32,000 nt of DNA. It comes from Candidatus Jordarchaeales archaeon. GTDB lineage: Archaea; Asgardarchaeota; Jordiarchaeia; Jordiarchaeales; Freyrarchaeaceae. Made by a program: the position numbers and the translations under genes. Below are positions 8,556 to 17,058 of this stretch, in pieces; within the stretch, counting starts at the first letter, position 1, and every line of letters begins with the position of its first letter. Under the pieces are notes generated by a model. It was not told where the DNA came from, did no database searches, and saw only the letters and a list, made by a program, of their open reading frames with translations. The stretch spans positions 30,001-62,000 of the forward strand of contig JAWCFL010000005.1 of assembly GCA_038858525.1 (NCBI GenBank), given 5' to 3'.

Positions 8556-9305
8556 ATGGTGAGTTGCATGACGGCTTCACAGCAAACGCCGCCTCAAAAC
8601 GAAGAATCAGGCTTTAAAAATCAAAAGATAGTTGAATTGCTCGCGCCGGTCAGAGAGCAAGTTATCCGCTGCATCTTGGCAAGGTTCCCTATGCGTGGAT
8701 TAGAACAAATACTCCGTGAGACATTTGACAGTGCGGTTATCGAAAACATGATGCTTTTCTCCAGCCTCATTAACTCTGCCACTCAAGAAGGGGGTGGAGA
8801 GCTAAATGAGCACCAACTAAGAGAGAAACGGGAAGAAAAGCAGTTAAAGGCGGCAATGCTGGAAGCTAAAGAACTCTTGAGGAATCCCTCCTCAGAGAGT
8901 GAAGAGAGAGAAGAATCATTAAAAGAGGACCTTTCACGTTTAAAGAAGGAGATTGATCGCTTAATTCTTGAGCTGAAAATTAAAGATAGAAAACTTAGGA
9001 GGCAGGAGAAGCTTTTAGAGAAATTGCGTGCAATCGCTGAAAACGGGCTGGTTATACCTGTCCTCGAGAATAATTTGCCGTCTAACCCTGAAATTATTTC
9101 ATTCTGGAAACGTGTAAGTGATTTCCTGGAGAAGGATCCGAAGTTCAAAATTCTACGTCTTCTTTTGAGTGTGAAAGAAGCTACCGTAAACGGCATTTAC
9201 CAGTCAGTTGGAACGCAGAGAGAAATGGTAGCGAAATGTCTTGAGGAGATGAAAAACGCGAACCTAATAAAAGTTACAGGGGAAAGCATAAGTCTGAACT
9301 TATAG
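8556..9305 (+). CDS. Coiled-coil protein with C-terminal winged helix-turn-helix (architecture shared with 1641-2327)
   Basis: Central heptads followed by DPKFKILRLLLSVKEATVNGIYQSVGTQREMVAKCLEEMKNANLIKVTGESISL. Probable start is the ATG at 8568, after GGTGA. Confidence 0.85.
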   Translation: MVSCMTASQQTPPQNEESGFKNQKIVELLAPVREQVIRCILARFPMRGLEQILRETFDSAVIENMMLFSSLINSATQEGGGELNEHQLREKREEKQLKAAMLEAKELLRNPSSESEEREESLKEDLSRLKKEIDRLILELKIKDRKLRRQEKLLEKLRAIAENGLVIPVLENNLPSNPEIISFWKRVSDFLEKDPKFKILRLLLSVKEATVNGIYQSVGTQREMVAKCLEEMKNANLIKVTGESISLNL

Positions 9306-9306
9306 C

Positions 9307-9633
9307 TCACCGTTGTCCTCTAACCTTAAGTTGGTTAAGCGGTATTCTGTAAGCTCCTTCCCTATCTGATACTATAGGTGGAGCACCCTTAAAAAGGGCT
9401 TCAAGGTCTATTTCAAATACTCCTCTATGCAGAATTCTTACAGTTTCTACCTTCTCCCTATTTTGCCTTATTGGAAGCAGGTTCTTTTCTTCCTCCCTTT
9501 TTTCCTCCTCTTTTCCTTCGCGCACGAGTTTGAAGACGTTAGAACCACATGCCGGGCAGCTCAGCTTGCTGTACCCTTCAGGTATCCTTTCGCCACATGC
9601 TACACAGACGTTGTAGAAGTTCACTTCGTGCAC
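9307..9633 (-). CDS. oapC: Zn-ribbon domain protein (DUF2072, OapC-like)
   Basis: CxxC...CPxCG followed by VETVRILHRGVFEIDLEALF...GAYRI. Third gene of the GTPase-DUF2073-Zn ribbon trio. Confidence 0.88.
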   Translation of the reverse strand: MHEVNFYNVCVACGERIPEGYSKLSCPACGSNVFKLVREGKEEEKREEEKNLLPIRQNREKVETVRILHRGVFEIDLEALFKGAPPIVSDREGAYRIPLNQLKVRGQR

Positions 9634-9938
9634 CCCGCCACGTACATCAGGGATATAAAGTCTCCTTCCTTTGTTACCGCCACAATGTCGGATGGCGCTA
9701 CAACGGTTATTTTGCCCCCTTTCTTCTCTCCATTAAAAGTGATCACTTCTATCCCGTTAAACTCCTTGAAGTCGATCTCCAGCATGGTTTCCTTTATGAG
9801 TTCAGCTTGCTCCTCGGGTTTCAGCCTCTCCTCCAAAACAAGTATACTTTTTCCCTTCACTCTCTCAATGATCATTTTAACCTTATCATTGGGGCTTAAT
9901 CTCCTAGTAACCTTCTCGGAGATTATATCTATCTTCAA
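9621..9938 (-). CDS. oapB: DUF2073 protein (OapB-like)
   Basis: IDIISE...KVKMIIERVK...ILVLEERLKPEEQAELIKETM...EFNGIE...ITVVAPS. Confidence 0.9.
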   Translation of the reverse strand: MKIDIISEKVTRRLSPNDKVKMIIERVKGKSILVLEERLKPEEQAELIKETMLEIDFKEFNGIEVITFNGEKKGGKITVVAPSDIVAVTKEGDFISLMYVAGCTK

Positions 9939-9951
9939 GGCGTCACTCCTC

Positions 9952-10557
9952 CTAGCAGGACTCCGCTATTGCCTTGTAAAGCTCCTCCATATTGTCTCCC
10001 CGGAGGGCGGATACACATACAACCTTGTAGCCTGGGAAAGATTCCCTTATAAGTTCAGGCCGAGCCTCTGGAAGGTCGATCTTGTTTGCGACGAGGATCG
10101 TCGGTATCCTCTTAGCCTTCAAATTCCCTAGTATTATGAGGTTAACTTGGTCAAAGGGAACTTTTGTCGCATCAAAAACCGTTAAAGCTAGGTCTATGTT
10201 GTCGAGCCACTGTATGGCCTCTATGACACCACGCGTGGCCTCCTTAGCTCTCTCTACAGCCTCCTCCTCATTCAATCCGTATTTCATGAAGTCTCTATAA
10301 TCTACCTTGCTAGCTATTCCCGGCATGTCAACTAGGTCTACGTTAACTCCCTTGCCGTTAAACCTTATGTTAACCTGTCTAGCAATAGTCGCCTTTCTTG
10401 TCTCGTGAGGTATAGGCGATACGGTGCCAATCTCAACACCCAAAAAATCCAAGGATATTCTGTTGGCAAGTGTTGTCTTACCTGCATTGGGCGCCCCATA
10501 AACCCCTAAAACTAAGCTCTGCCTCTTCTTAAGCATCCTCGAAATCTTGTCGAGCAA
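9952..10557 (-). CDS. oapA: Era-like small GTP-binding protein (OapA-like)
   Basis: G1 GAPNAGKT, G2 PHETR, G3 DMPG, G4 NKID, G5 SAL, plus EATRGVIEAIQWLD typical of this family. Confidence 0.92.
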   Translation of the reverse strand: MLDKISRMLKKRQSLVLGVYGAPNAGKTTLANRISLDFLGVEIGTVSPIPHETRKATIARQVNIRFNGKGVNVDLVDMPGIASKVDYRDFMKYGLNEEEAVERAKEATRGVIEAIQWLDNIDLALTVFDATKVPFDQVNLIILGNLKAKRIPTILVANKIDLPEARPELIRESFPGYKVVCVSALRGDNMEELYKAIAESC

Positions 10558-10701
10558 GTATACCCCCTCATAACCCTTTAACTAGAGCGCTCTTAATAGC
10601 CGGAAACCTCGCTAAACTATATAAGTGGAAAATGGTTTTAAGTGTGAATAATACTTTGAAAACATTAATCGTACTCTAAGTGGCCACGTGGAGGCTTTTA
10701 G

Positions 10702-11223
10702 TTGTCGAGGAAGAAGATGGTACGGCTAGCTTTCCTTTTTCTCGTTGCCGCATCCTTTATCGCCGGGCTAATTCCAACTGGATTAGCTTCCTTACTAGGG
10801 CTCAATGCAACAAAAATATACTTCGCTCCGTTAAACCAATCAGTTGAACTTCCACCCCCATGGGATACCTTCTACTACTCTTACCCTGTAGTCCTTAGCT
10901 ATAACGGATACATGCTAGACCTTAACGTGATCCTAATAGTGGACGTAAGGAAGGGATCCCCATACGGAGAACTTGCCGGTGACCATAGTTTTGCATACGA
11001 CGTAGCCCTGTTCATGCAGCCCGGAAGCGTGAGGCTTTTGAACATCTCCCTCACTGTTCCCGCATCTGAGATCGAAGCAGCAGCTAAGGGTAGCCCTCTC
11101 TGGATGACCGTAACCACCGTGGCGTGGTTCACCAGTTGGTTCATGGGAAGCATCCAAATCATAACGCCAACCATTATTAGAACCGTTATACCATTACATT
11201 TGCTGCTTGCAAAGGAGGGATAA
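10702..11223 (+). CDS. Membrane-anchored hypothetical protein with beta-rich (Ig/LEA2-like) body
   Basis: N-terminal hydrophobic helix followed by alternating beta-strand pattern, with RBS GTGGAGG. Confidence 0.75.
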   Translation: MSRKKMVRLAFLFLVAASFIAGLIPTGLASLLGLNATKIYFAPLNQSVELPPPWDTFYYSYPVVLSYNGYMLDLNVILIVDVRKGSPYGELAGDHSFAYDVALFMQPGSVRLLNISLTVPASEIEAAAKGSPLWMTVTTVAWFTSWFMGSIQIITPTIIRTVIPLHLLLAKEG

Positions 11224-11225
11224 CC

Positions 11226-11678
11226 ATGAAGGATCAGCTCAATAGGCCCGCTGTGAGAGCTTTCCTCGTGGCGTCCTTAACATTTCTCTCGACGGCTGTG
11301 GCACCAGCCCTAGGAAAGAGCCTCGCAGAACAGCTCAACTTATTCATTCAACTTCTGGATCCACTCCTAATAGGAGCAATAGGCACCCTTATGAGCGTCA
11401 TCGTCTTCTTGGACAACTTCTTCCGCCGCTCAAAACCTGCTCTGAGCGGGGTTCTAGGCGCACTTAACAACCTTGTCGGTTTAATCTATCTGCTGGTCTT
11501 CGCCGAGATGCTAACCAGCATAAACATACCTGTAATGCAGATTCTCTACAGCTCTTTAACTTTTGTAACCATAAATTATCAGCCAGTAATTAGCCTCGCC
11601 ATAATAGCGTTCGCCACCAGGATGTTACGGCACTCCTACCAAATACTTTTTCACGAGCAATTAAAAGAAACACTCTAG
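11226..11678 (+). CDS. Integral membrane protein, about 4 TM helices
   Basis: Four hydrophobic stretches, translationally coupled to the upstream gene via GGAGGGA-TAA-CC-ATG. Confidence 0.8.
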   Translation: MKDQLNRPAVRAFLVASLTFLSTAVAPALGKSLAEQLNLFIQLLDPLLIGAIGTLMSVIVFLDNFFRRSKPALSGVLGALNNLVGLIYLLVFAEMLTSINIPVMQILYSSLTFVTINYQPVISLAIIAFATRMLRHSYQILFHEQLKETL

Positions 11679-11755
11679 GCGAGTTAATTTTATTTTTCCA
11701 TTATGTTTTCCCTTTAACTCGGAAGATAAAACAGCGTTTTTAGCGTATTTAGCGT

Positions 11756-13141
11756 ATGGGGGGTTACGGGTTGGTGGAGATCAAAGAAATCCTCCCTGGA
11801 CGCTTCGAGAGGATAGGAGCCCACTCCCACATAAAGGGGCTTGGGCTACGTGGGCTCAAAGCTGAATTAGTTGCTGACGGTATGGTTGGCCAAACCGAGG
11901 CAAGGGAAGCGGCGGGCATAGTGGTCAGAATGATAAGAGAAGGCAAAATGGCTGGAAGAGCTGTGCTTCTAGCGGGTCCACCCGGAACAGGCAAGACCGC
12001 TATCGCCATTGCCATAGCCAAGGAGCTCGGGCCTGATGTTCCAGTCGTGATGATCACGGGGTCAGAAATATATTCTGAGGAGATCAAGAAGACAGAGATC
12101 CTGACGCAAGTGATGCGGAAAGCGATAGGCGTCAGGATACATGAAATGAAGAAGATATACGAAGGTGTCGTCAAGAGCTTGGATGTGACTATGGCCAAAA
12201 ACCCCTACAACCCGTACCAGCAGGTCCCTCAGTCAGCAAAAGTAACCATTGCTACGAAGGACGAGTCGAAGACGTTCGAGGTTGGACAGACGATAGCTAT
12301 ACGCCTGATCAATGAAGGCGTCAGCGTGGGCGACGTCATAATGATAGATGCAGAAACAGGCAGGGTTACCCGCCTCGGAAAGGCTGAGTCACCTGAAGTC
12401 AAGCGGTATGACATAGAAGCGGAGAAGCCCATTCCGGTTCCAACAGGTCCCATACTGAAGGAAAAGGAGTTCGTTTACACGTTAACCCTCCACGACCTCG
12501 ACGAGATAAACGCTAGGAGAAGTAGCTTTTCAATATTCAGCATATTCGGAGGCGGAAGAGAAGAGAAAGAGATCGATCCTGAGATACGAGAAAGAGTAAA
12601 TCAAATGGTGAAAAGCATGGTCGAAGAGGGACGGGCGGAGATACTGCCAGGCGTCTGCTTCATCGACGAAAGCCACATGCTCGACATTGAAGCATACAGC
12701 TTCATAGCCAGAGCAATGGAGTCTGACCTAGCGCCAATAATAATACTCGCGTCGAACAGGGGCTTCACTAAGATAAGAGGAACAGAGCTGGTGTCACCAC
12801 ACGGAATGCCACTCGACCTGCTAGACAGGCTCCTCATAATAAACACTCGGCCATACAACGAGGAGGAAATCAGGGAAATACTCAAAATAAGAGCAAAGGA
12901 AGAAAAGATAGAGATAGAAGAGGAAGCCCTAGAATACCTAACCCAAATAGGGGTAAAGACTAGTCTCCGTTACGCTGTGCAGCTCCTAACGCCAAGCATG
13001 GAACATGCTAAAGAGGCGGGACACAAGAAAATAACTAAAGAAGATGTGCAGTGGGTGGAGAAACTCTTCGCCGATGTCAAGCGCTCAGCTAACTATGTGA
13101 GAAACCTAGAAAGAGAATTCATGATTTCAGAGCCAGCATAA
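11756..13141 (+). CDS. TIP49/RuvB-like AAA+ ATPase (RuvBL1/2 homologue)
   Basis: RIGAHSHIKGLGL, Walker A GPPGTGKT, Walker B FIDESHMLD, sensor ASNRG, GMPLDLLDR, TSLRYAVQLL. Confidence 0.98.
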   Translation: MGGYGLVEIKEILPGRFERIGAHSHIKGLGLRGLKAELVADGMVGQTEAREAAGIVVRMIREGKMAGRAVLLAGPPGTGKTAIAIAIAKELGPDVPVVMITGSEIYSEEIKKTEILTQVMRKAIGVRIHEMKKIYEGVVKSLDVTMAKNPYNPYQQVPQSAKVTIATKDESKTFEVGQTIAIRLINEGVSVGDVIMIDAETGRVTRLGKAESPEVKRYDIEAEKPIPVPTGPILKEKEFVYTLTLHDLDEINARRSSFSIFSIFGGGREEKEIDPEIRERVNQMVKSMVEEGRAEILPGVCFIDESHMLDIEAYSFIARAMESDLAPIIILASNRGFTKIRGTELVSPHGMPLDLLDRLLIINTRPYNEEEIREILKIRAKEEKIEIEEEALEYLTQIGVKTSLRYAVQLLTPSMEHAKEAGHKKITKEDVQWVEKLFADVKRSANYVRNLEREFMISEPA

Positions 13142-13766
13142 AAAGAAGCCTAATGTCTCAACGATTCCTGACGAAACCATTTCTTTATTAGCTTATTAAC
13201 CCTCGATGAATCCTGCACTCACCCGCCTCTCGAAGCTAGCCATCTTCAGCTAAAAATCATTTAGTCTCAGCTCCTCCGGATCACTCGTAAGTTCAGGTTC
13301 AAGCAAGATAGTGCTTGATTGATGAATTCACTCTGAGAACATCTATTTTGCTCATCTCTTTTTAACGGATAAAGCTTCCCTCCACATAATCTAAACAGAA
13401 TATACTTATGAGTGAATTGCACGAAAACCGAAGTCTCCAAAAAATATTCTCGCCAAAACAGCCGAATACGCGAACATAAACGGAAACCCGACGAGAGACC
13501 TTTTAGTGTAAAACCACCACTAAAAACATGAAGCGACCTTAAATGAAAATAACTCTCCAAATAAACATTGAAGAATAGAATTAGGAGACGAATTATACAG
13601 GTAAGCAATTTTTTCAATTCCAAAGAAAATTTCGTTTTTTGTCGCCATCAAATGTTTGCTATCTGTTTTTCGTCATTTCGTTAAGAAGTAAACGAAAAAG
13701 AAGCTTAAGTTTCTTTAATTAATTCTTTCGTAAGTTTTTTGGCTTATCTCGCTCTTTTCTTTTTGG

Positions 13767-14789
13767 GTGACCATCGTGTTTAGACGCGTCCTTTGGTCCT
13801 CCATTCTTCTTGACCCTAGACGGAGCTTCGAGCGCGTATCCCTACCTATTGAGGCTAGGTTTGACCCGCTCACTGGAAGAGTATGCATAATATCGGAGCT
13901 ACGCTTCAGCCTCCCTGCAAAGACTGACTTCTCAGAGATAGCTAAAGCCACAGAGATGTTCTGTCCCTTCTGTCCCGCGAGAGTCGAAACAGCTACCCCG
14001 ATGTTCCCGGAGGAATTCATACCTAATGGAAGAATAAGGATCGGAGAAGCAGTAGTGGTGCCCAACCTTATGCCTTACTCTCAGTATAGCGCTGTAACAG
14101 TGATATGCCAGAAGCACTTCGTCAAGATGACTGAGTTCACGCAGAAAGTTCTAGCTGATGCATTCTTAGCATCGCAAGAATACCTCAAAAGAGTAGCGCT
14201 ACATGACAGGTCACAGAAACACTTCCTCATAAACTGGAACTTCATGCCCCCCTCAGGAGGAAGCATAATTCACCCTCATCTTCAACCGGTAAGCTACGAG
14301 GAACCAATGGGATACTATGCAAGGCAACTTGAAGACTCCAAAAAGTTCCACGAAAATCACGGTTACAATTTCTGGGAGCACCTCGTTGAGGAAGAAAAAC
14401 GGCTAGGAGAAAGATACCTTGGAGCAACAGGCGCCATACACTGGATTACAGCATTCGCCCCGAGAAGCTACCTCTTCGAAGTAATTGCTGTATTCCCCAA
14501 AAAAACATCAATCTTAGAGCTCGAACAAAGCGACATAGAAAACTTCGCCAATGGACTCGTCAGAATCCTAAATTACATGGACACCCAGAACATTTCCAGC
14601 TTCAACCTCACCCTCCAATCAGGACCACTAAACGAACACCACTACAGAGTCAACGCCTCAATAATACCCCGATTCACACTACCACCACTAGGCACATCAG
14701 ACACAGCATCCCTCCGCGCACTAAACGACCTATCAGTATGCTACAAGAAACCAGAAACCACATGCAATGAGCTCAAACAATACTTCTAA
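13767..14789 (+). CDS. Galactose-1-phosphate uridylyltransferase-like (GalT/HIT) protein
   Basis: RFDPLTG, CPFCP, VPNLMPY, NWNFMPPSGGSIIHPHLQ (HxHxQ catalytic motif). Confidence 0.9.
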   Translation: MTIVFRRVLWSSILLDPRRSFERVSLPIEARFDPLTGRVCIISELRFSLPAKTDFSEIAKATEMFCPFCPARVETATPMFPEEFIPNGRIRIGEAVVVPNLMPYSQYSAVTVICQKHFVKMTEFTQKVLADAFLASQEYLKRVALHDRSQKHFLINWNFMPPSGGSIIHPHLQPVSYEEPMGYYARQLEDSKKFHENHGYNFWEHLVEEEKRLGERYLGATGAIHWITAFAPRSYLFEVIAVFPKKTSILELEQSDIENFANGLVRILNYMDTQNISSFNLTLQSGPLNEHHYRVNASIIPRFTLPPLGTSDTASLRALNDLSVCYKKPETTCNELKQYF

Positions 14790-14861
14790 AGCACACACGA
14801 AGCCAACCGAGAAAACCAAACTCTCCAGCAAAACAATCACTCAACAAACAAGAACAAATAG

Positions 14862-14946
14862 CGGCCCCGAGGGGATTCGAACCCCCGACACCCGGCTTAG
14901 GAGGCCGGTACCCTCTCAGAACACATCCTGGCTGGGTTACGGGGCC
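14862..14946 (-). tRNA. tRNA-Arg(CCT) with a 10-nt D-loop intron (14915-14924, position 20a/21)
   Basis: GGCCCCG TA ACCC AGCCAGGAT [GTGTTCTGAG] A GGGT A CCGGC CT CCT AA GCCGG GTGTC GGGGG TTCGAAT CCCCT CGGGGCC G. All four stems pair and the mature length is 75 nt. Confidence 0.95.
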
Positions 14947-14974
14947 ACAACCAATAAAATCCTAAACCTCGCAC

Positions 14975-14990
14975 TTTTTTAACTCTTTTC
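14975..14990 (-). promoter_or_regulatory. BRE-TATA promoter of tRNA-Arg
   Basis: Minus strand GAAAAGAG-TTAAAAAA, about 30 nt upstream of tRNA position 1. Confidence 0.6.
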
Positions 14991-15002
14991 CCCCGAAGCT
15001 AC

Positions 15003-15018
15003 GAGAAAAATTTAAGTA
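15003..15018 (+). promoter_or_regulatory. BRE-TATA promoter of tRNA-Gly
   Basis: GAGAAAAA-TTTAAGTA, about 30 nt upstream of 15047. Confidence 0.65.
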
Positions 15019-15046
15019 TGATAGCCGCTTTTACCCAGACTTGGGC

Positions 15047-15143
15047 GCGGGCGTAGTCCAGCCTGGTCTAAGACGTCGGCCTGCCACGCCGAGGACCCGG
15101 GCGGCTAACACAAAGCCAGGGACTTCAAATCCCGGCGCCCGCA
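15047..15143 (+). tRNA. tRNA-Gly(GCC) with a 22-nt T-arm intron (15102-15123, position 53/54)
   Basis: GCGGGCG TA GTCC AGCCTGGTCTA AGAC G TCGGC CT GCC AC GCCGA GGAC CCGGG [CGGCTAACACAAAGCCAGGGAC] TTCAAAT CCCGG CGCCCGC A. Confidence 0.95.
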
Positions 15144-15291
15144 TTCTTAAATTCGTTTAATTTTCATATGAGTTGTTATAGTGATTGTTACTCGTCACTT
15201 ACCCTCTTCTCTTTGACCTGTTTGTGTTATCTGTGCAGTTTCTGAGATAAGTTTTTGCTTCTTTTCGAGATAAGAAGAAAAAGTGTGAGTG

Positions 15292-16128
15292 TTATATTCT
15301 TGTTTTCAGCCATTGGTCTATGTCTTCGAGGACTTTCTTTTTTTCTATCTCGTTGAGTATTTCGTGGTACATACCGTTGTAGACTTTCATTGTAATTTTT
15401 CCTTTTTTTGCTTTCTCTGCTAGTTCCATGCTTCCTTTAGGGTTAACCAGTTTGTCTTCTCCAGCTACTAATAGTAATGTTGGAACTTCGAGTTTGTCGG
15501 CGTTTTCAAGGATCATGTTCATGGCCCTGACAAACTCTACAACGAATCTGACTGTGATTGTCTTGAATATTAGTGGGTCATTAGCGTAAGCTTCGCAGAC
15601 CTTTTTGTCATGAGATAAAGTGTAAGGGTCTATTTGACTTGGGATCTCCTGTTTGGGGTTGGTTTTCGCGAGCTCCTCGAGCATTTTCAGAGTTCCAGCA
15701 TCAATTTCGCTTGCGAGTCTCAAAGCTGGGGAGGAAAGGATCAAATAATCTATTTTGTTCGGGCTCTTAAGTGCGTACATTAAAGCTATTGTCCCACCCA
15801 TACTGTGGCCGAGAAGAACGAATTTCTTTCCTGTCTCTTTTTTCTTAACTATACCGATGAAGGTGTCGAGGTCCTCTACGTAGTCATCAAATCTATCCAC
15901 ATATCCCCTATCTCCCTCAGAGAGCCCATGGCCCCTGTGGTCTAGCGCGTAAAACGCGATTCCTTCGCTAGCGAAGTGCTCTGCTACATGTTTGTATCTT
16001 CCTGAGTACTCAGCTAAGCCATGCGCTAACACCATGACTGCTCTAACTTGCTCAGGTTTCCAAGACTGGTAATACAATTTTAATCCGCCTTTTCCCTTAA
16101 ACTCTCCCTCCTCATGAACAACTTTCAA
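15292..16128 (-). CDS. Alpha/beta hydrolase, lysophospholipase/monoacylglycerol lipase family
   Basis: HGLAEYSGRY, DHRGHGLSEG, nucleophile GHSMGG, acid AGEDKLV, YHEILNE. Confidence 0.96.
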   Translation of the reverse strand: MKVVHEEGEFKGKGGLKLYYQSWKPEQVRAVMVLAHGLAEYSGRYKHVAEHFASEGIAFYALDHRGHGLSEGDRGYVDRFDDYVEDLDTFIGIVKKKETGKKFVLLGHSMGGTIALMYALKSPNKIDYLILSSPALRLASEIDAGTLKMLEELAKTNPKQEIPSQIDPYTLSHDKKVCEAYANDPLIFKTITVRFVVEFVRAMNMILENADKLEVPTLLLVAGEDKLVNPKGSMELAEKAKKGKITMKVYNGMYHEILNEIEKKKVLEDIDQWLKTRI

Positions 16129-16394
16129 CTTTCATCCCTCCGTTTTCTCCTCTATCAAGAGCAATAAACTTCCAGTATCATTGTTAATTTAAAAATTTGG
16201 GTTCAACCTCCGTAAATTATGCTTTACTACCAAAAACGCTTATATTTGTCATCTTTGCTATTTTGTTATCTTGTGAGCTCTTTAAAGGGTGGAAAGTGGC
16301 TTCAAAAACGAGATGGATGAAGCTCCGTAACTATTTGCCCTAGCGCTCTTTTCCATCCTTAAAGAGCTAACTAGCAATGAAACATAGGTGAAGG

Positions 16395-16751
16395 TTGAAA
16401 ATGTATATTAGAAATAGTAATAAGTCTGCGATTGCTCGCGTTGAGAGAGGCAGAATAATGACTAGTGGTGGAAGCACCCTCGGCTACGTCGAGAACGGCA
16501 GAGTAATGAACTCCAGTAGAAGCACGATAGGGTACGTAGAAAGAGGATACATAATGAACCCAAGTAGAAGTACCATAGGAAGATATGACAGAAGCAGAAT
16601 TATGTCCTCATCTGGTTCAACTCGTTTTTATCTCGAAGGAAGAAGCATCATGGCAAGCAACCGGTCAACTATAGGTTACACAGACGAAAACATAGAAAAC
16701 TACTTGGAAGAAGTGGTGGCTTACGTTGTCTTTTTTTCTAACTGGTGGTGA
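16395..16751 (+). CDS. Small 16-aa tandem-repeat protein (beta-flower-like)
   Basis: Six imperfect repeats of xIMxSxxSTIGYVExG followed by an acidic/hydrophobic C-terminal helix, with RBS GGTGAAGG. Confidence 0.75.
   Translation: MKMYIRNSNKSAIARVERGRIMTSGGSTLGYVENGRVMNSSRSTIGYVERGYIMNPSRSTIGRYDRSRIMSSSGSTRFYLEGRSIMASNRSTIGYTDENIENYLEEVVAYVVFFSNWW
16401..16691 (+). repeat. Degenerate 48-nt coding tandem repeat, about 6 copies
   Basis: Repeats RIMTSGGSTLGYVENG / RVMNSSRSTIGYVERG / YIMNPSRSTIGRYDRS / RIMSSSGSTRFYLEGR / SIMASNRSTIGYTDEN. Confidence 0.8.
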
Positions 16752-17016
16752 AAAGCTCTCTTCCCCTCTTTTTCTTTTCCATGTTGTTTCCGTTTTCGGA
16801 AGCATCCCGAATTCTCGGTTGGCAGGATCGAAAATGGCTGTCCTTCCTCATATCGTAACAACCAATTTTTTGTCTTAAATCTGTCCAGAAGGGGATGCTA
16901 AGTCAAACCTTAATATCCCTTGTAATCCTATTAATTGCTAACTCCACTTTCCCTTAGACCTCTTTTTTCATGCTTTCACAGGCATACCTTAATTCAATTT
17001 GGTATCAGGGAATAAA

Positions 17017-17032
17017 AGAAAGAAATATATAA
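17017..17032 (+). promoter_or_regulatory. BRE-TATA promoter of tRNA-Trp
   Basis: Purine-rich AGAAAGAA followed by ATATATAA, about 27-34 nt upstream of 17059. Confidence 0.65.
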
Positions 17033-17058
17033 CGTAGCAGTGAAAGATTTCCCTTGAT

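Noticed and set aside
9427-10131. 234-aa plus-strand ORF and similar long antisense ORFs (e.g. 28883-29395, 11764-12198, 27220-27594)
   Set aside because: They lie opposite well-supported conserved genes and have shadow-like Ser/Phe/Leu-rich composition.
10558-10701. oriC directly upstream of oapA, as in haloarchaea
   Set aside because: The gap is only about 145 bp, with partial GGAAA matches and no paired ORBs or unwinding element.
13267-13623. 118-aa minus-strand ORF
   Set aside because: Its composition is atypical (Phe/Leu/Cys-rich from AT-rich DNA), it has no RBS, and I recognise no family.
14767-14982. 71-aa plus-strand ORF
   Set aside because: It is the antisense reading of tRNA-Arg plus the A/C-skewed spacer.
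16795-16850. GC-richer patch with small hairpins downstream of the repeat protein as a tRNA remnant or ncRNA
   Set aside because: No cloverleaf, C/D boxes or extended stem could be built.
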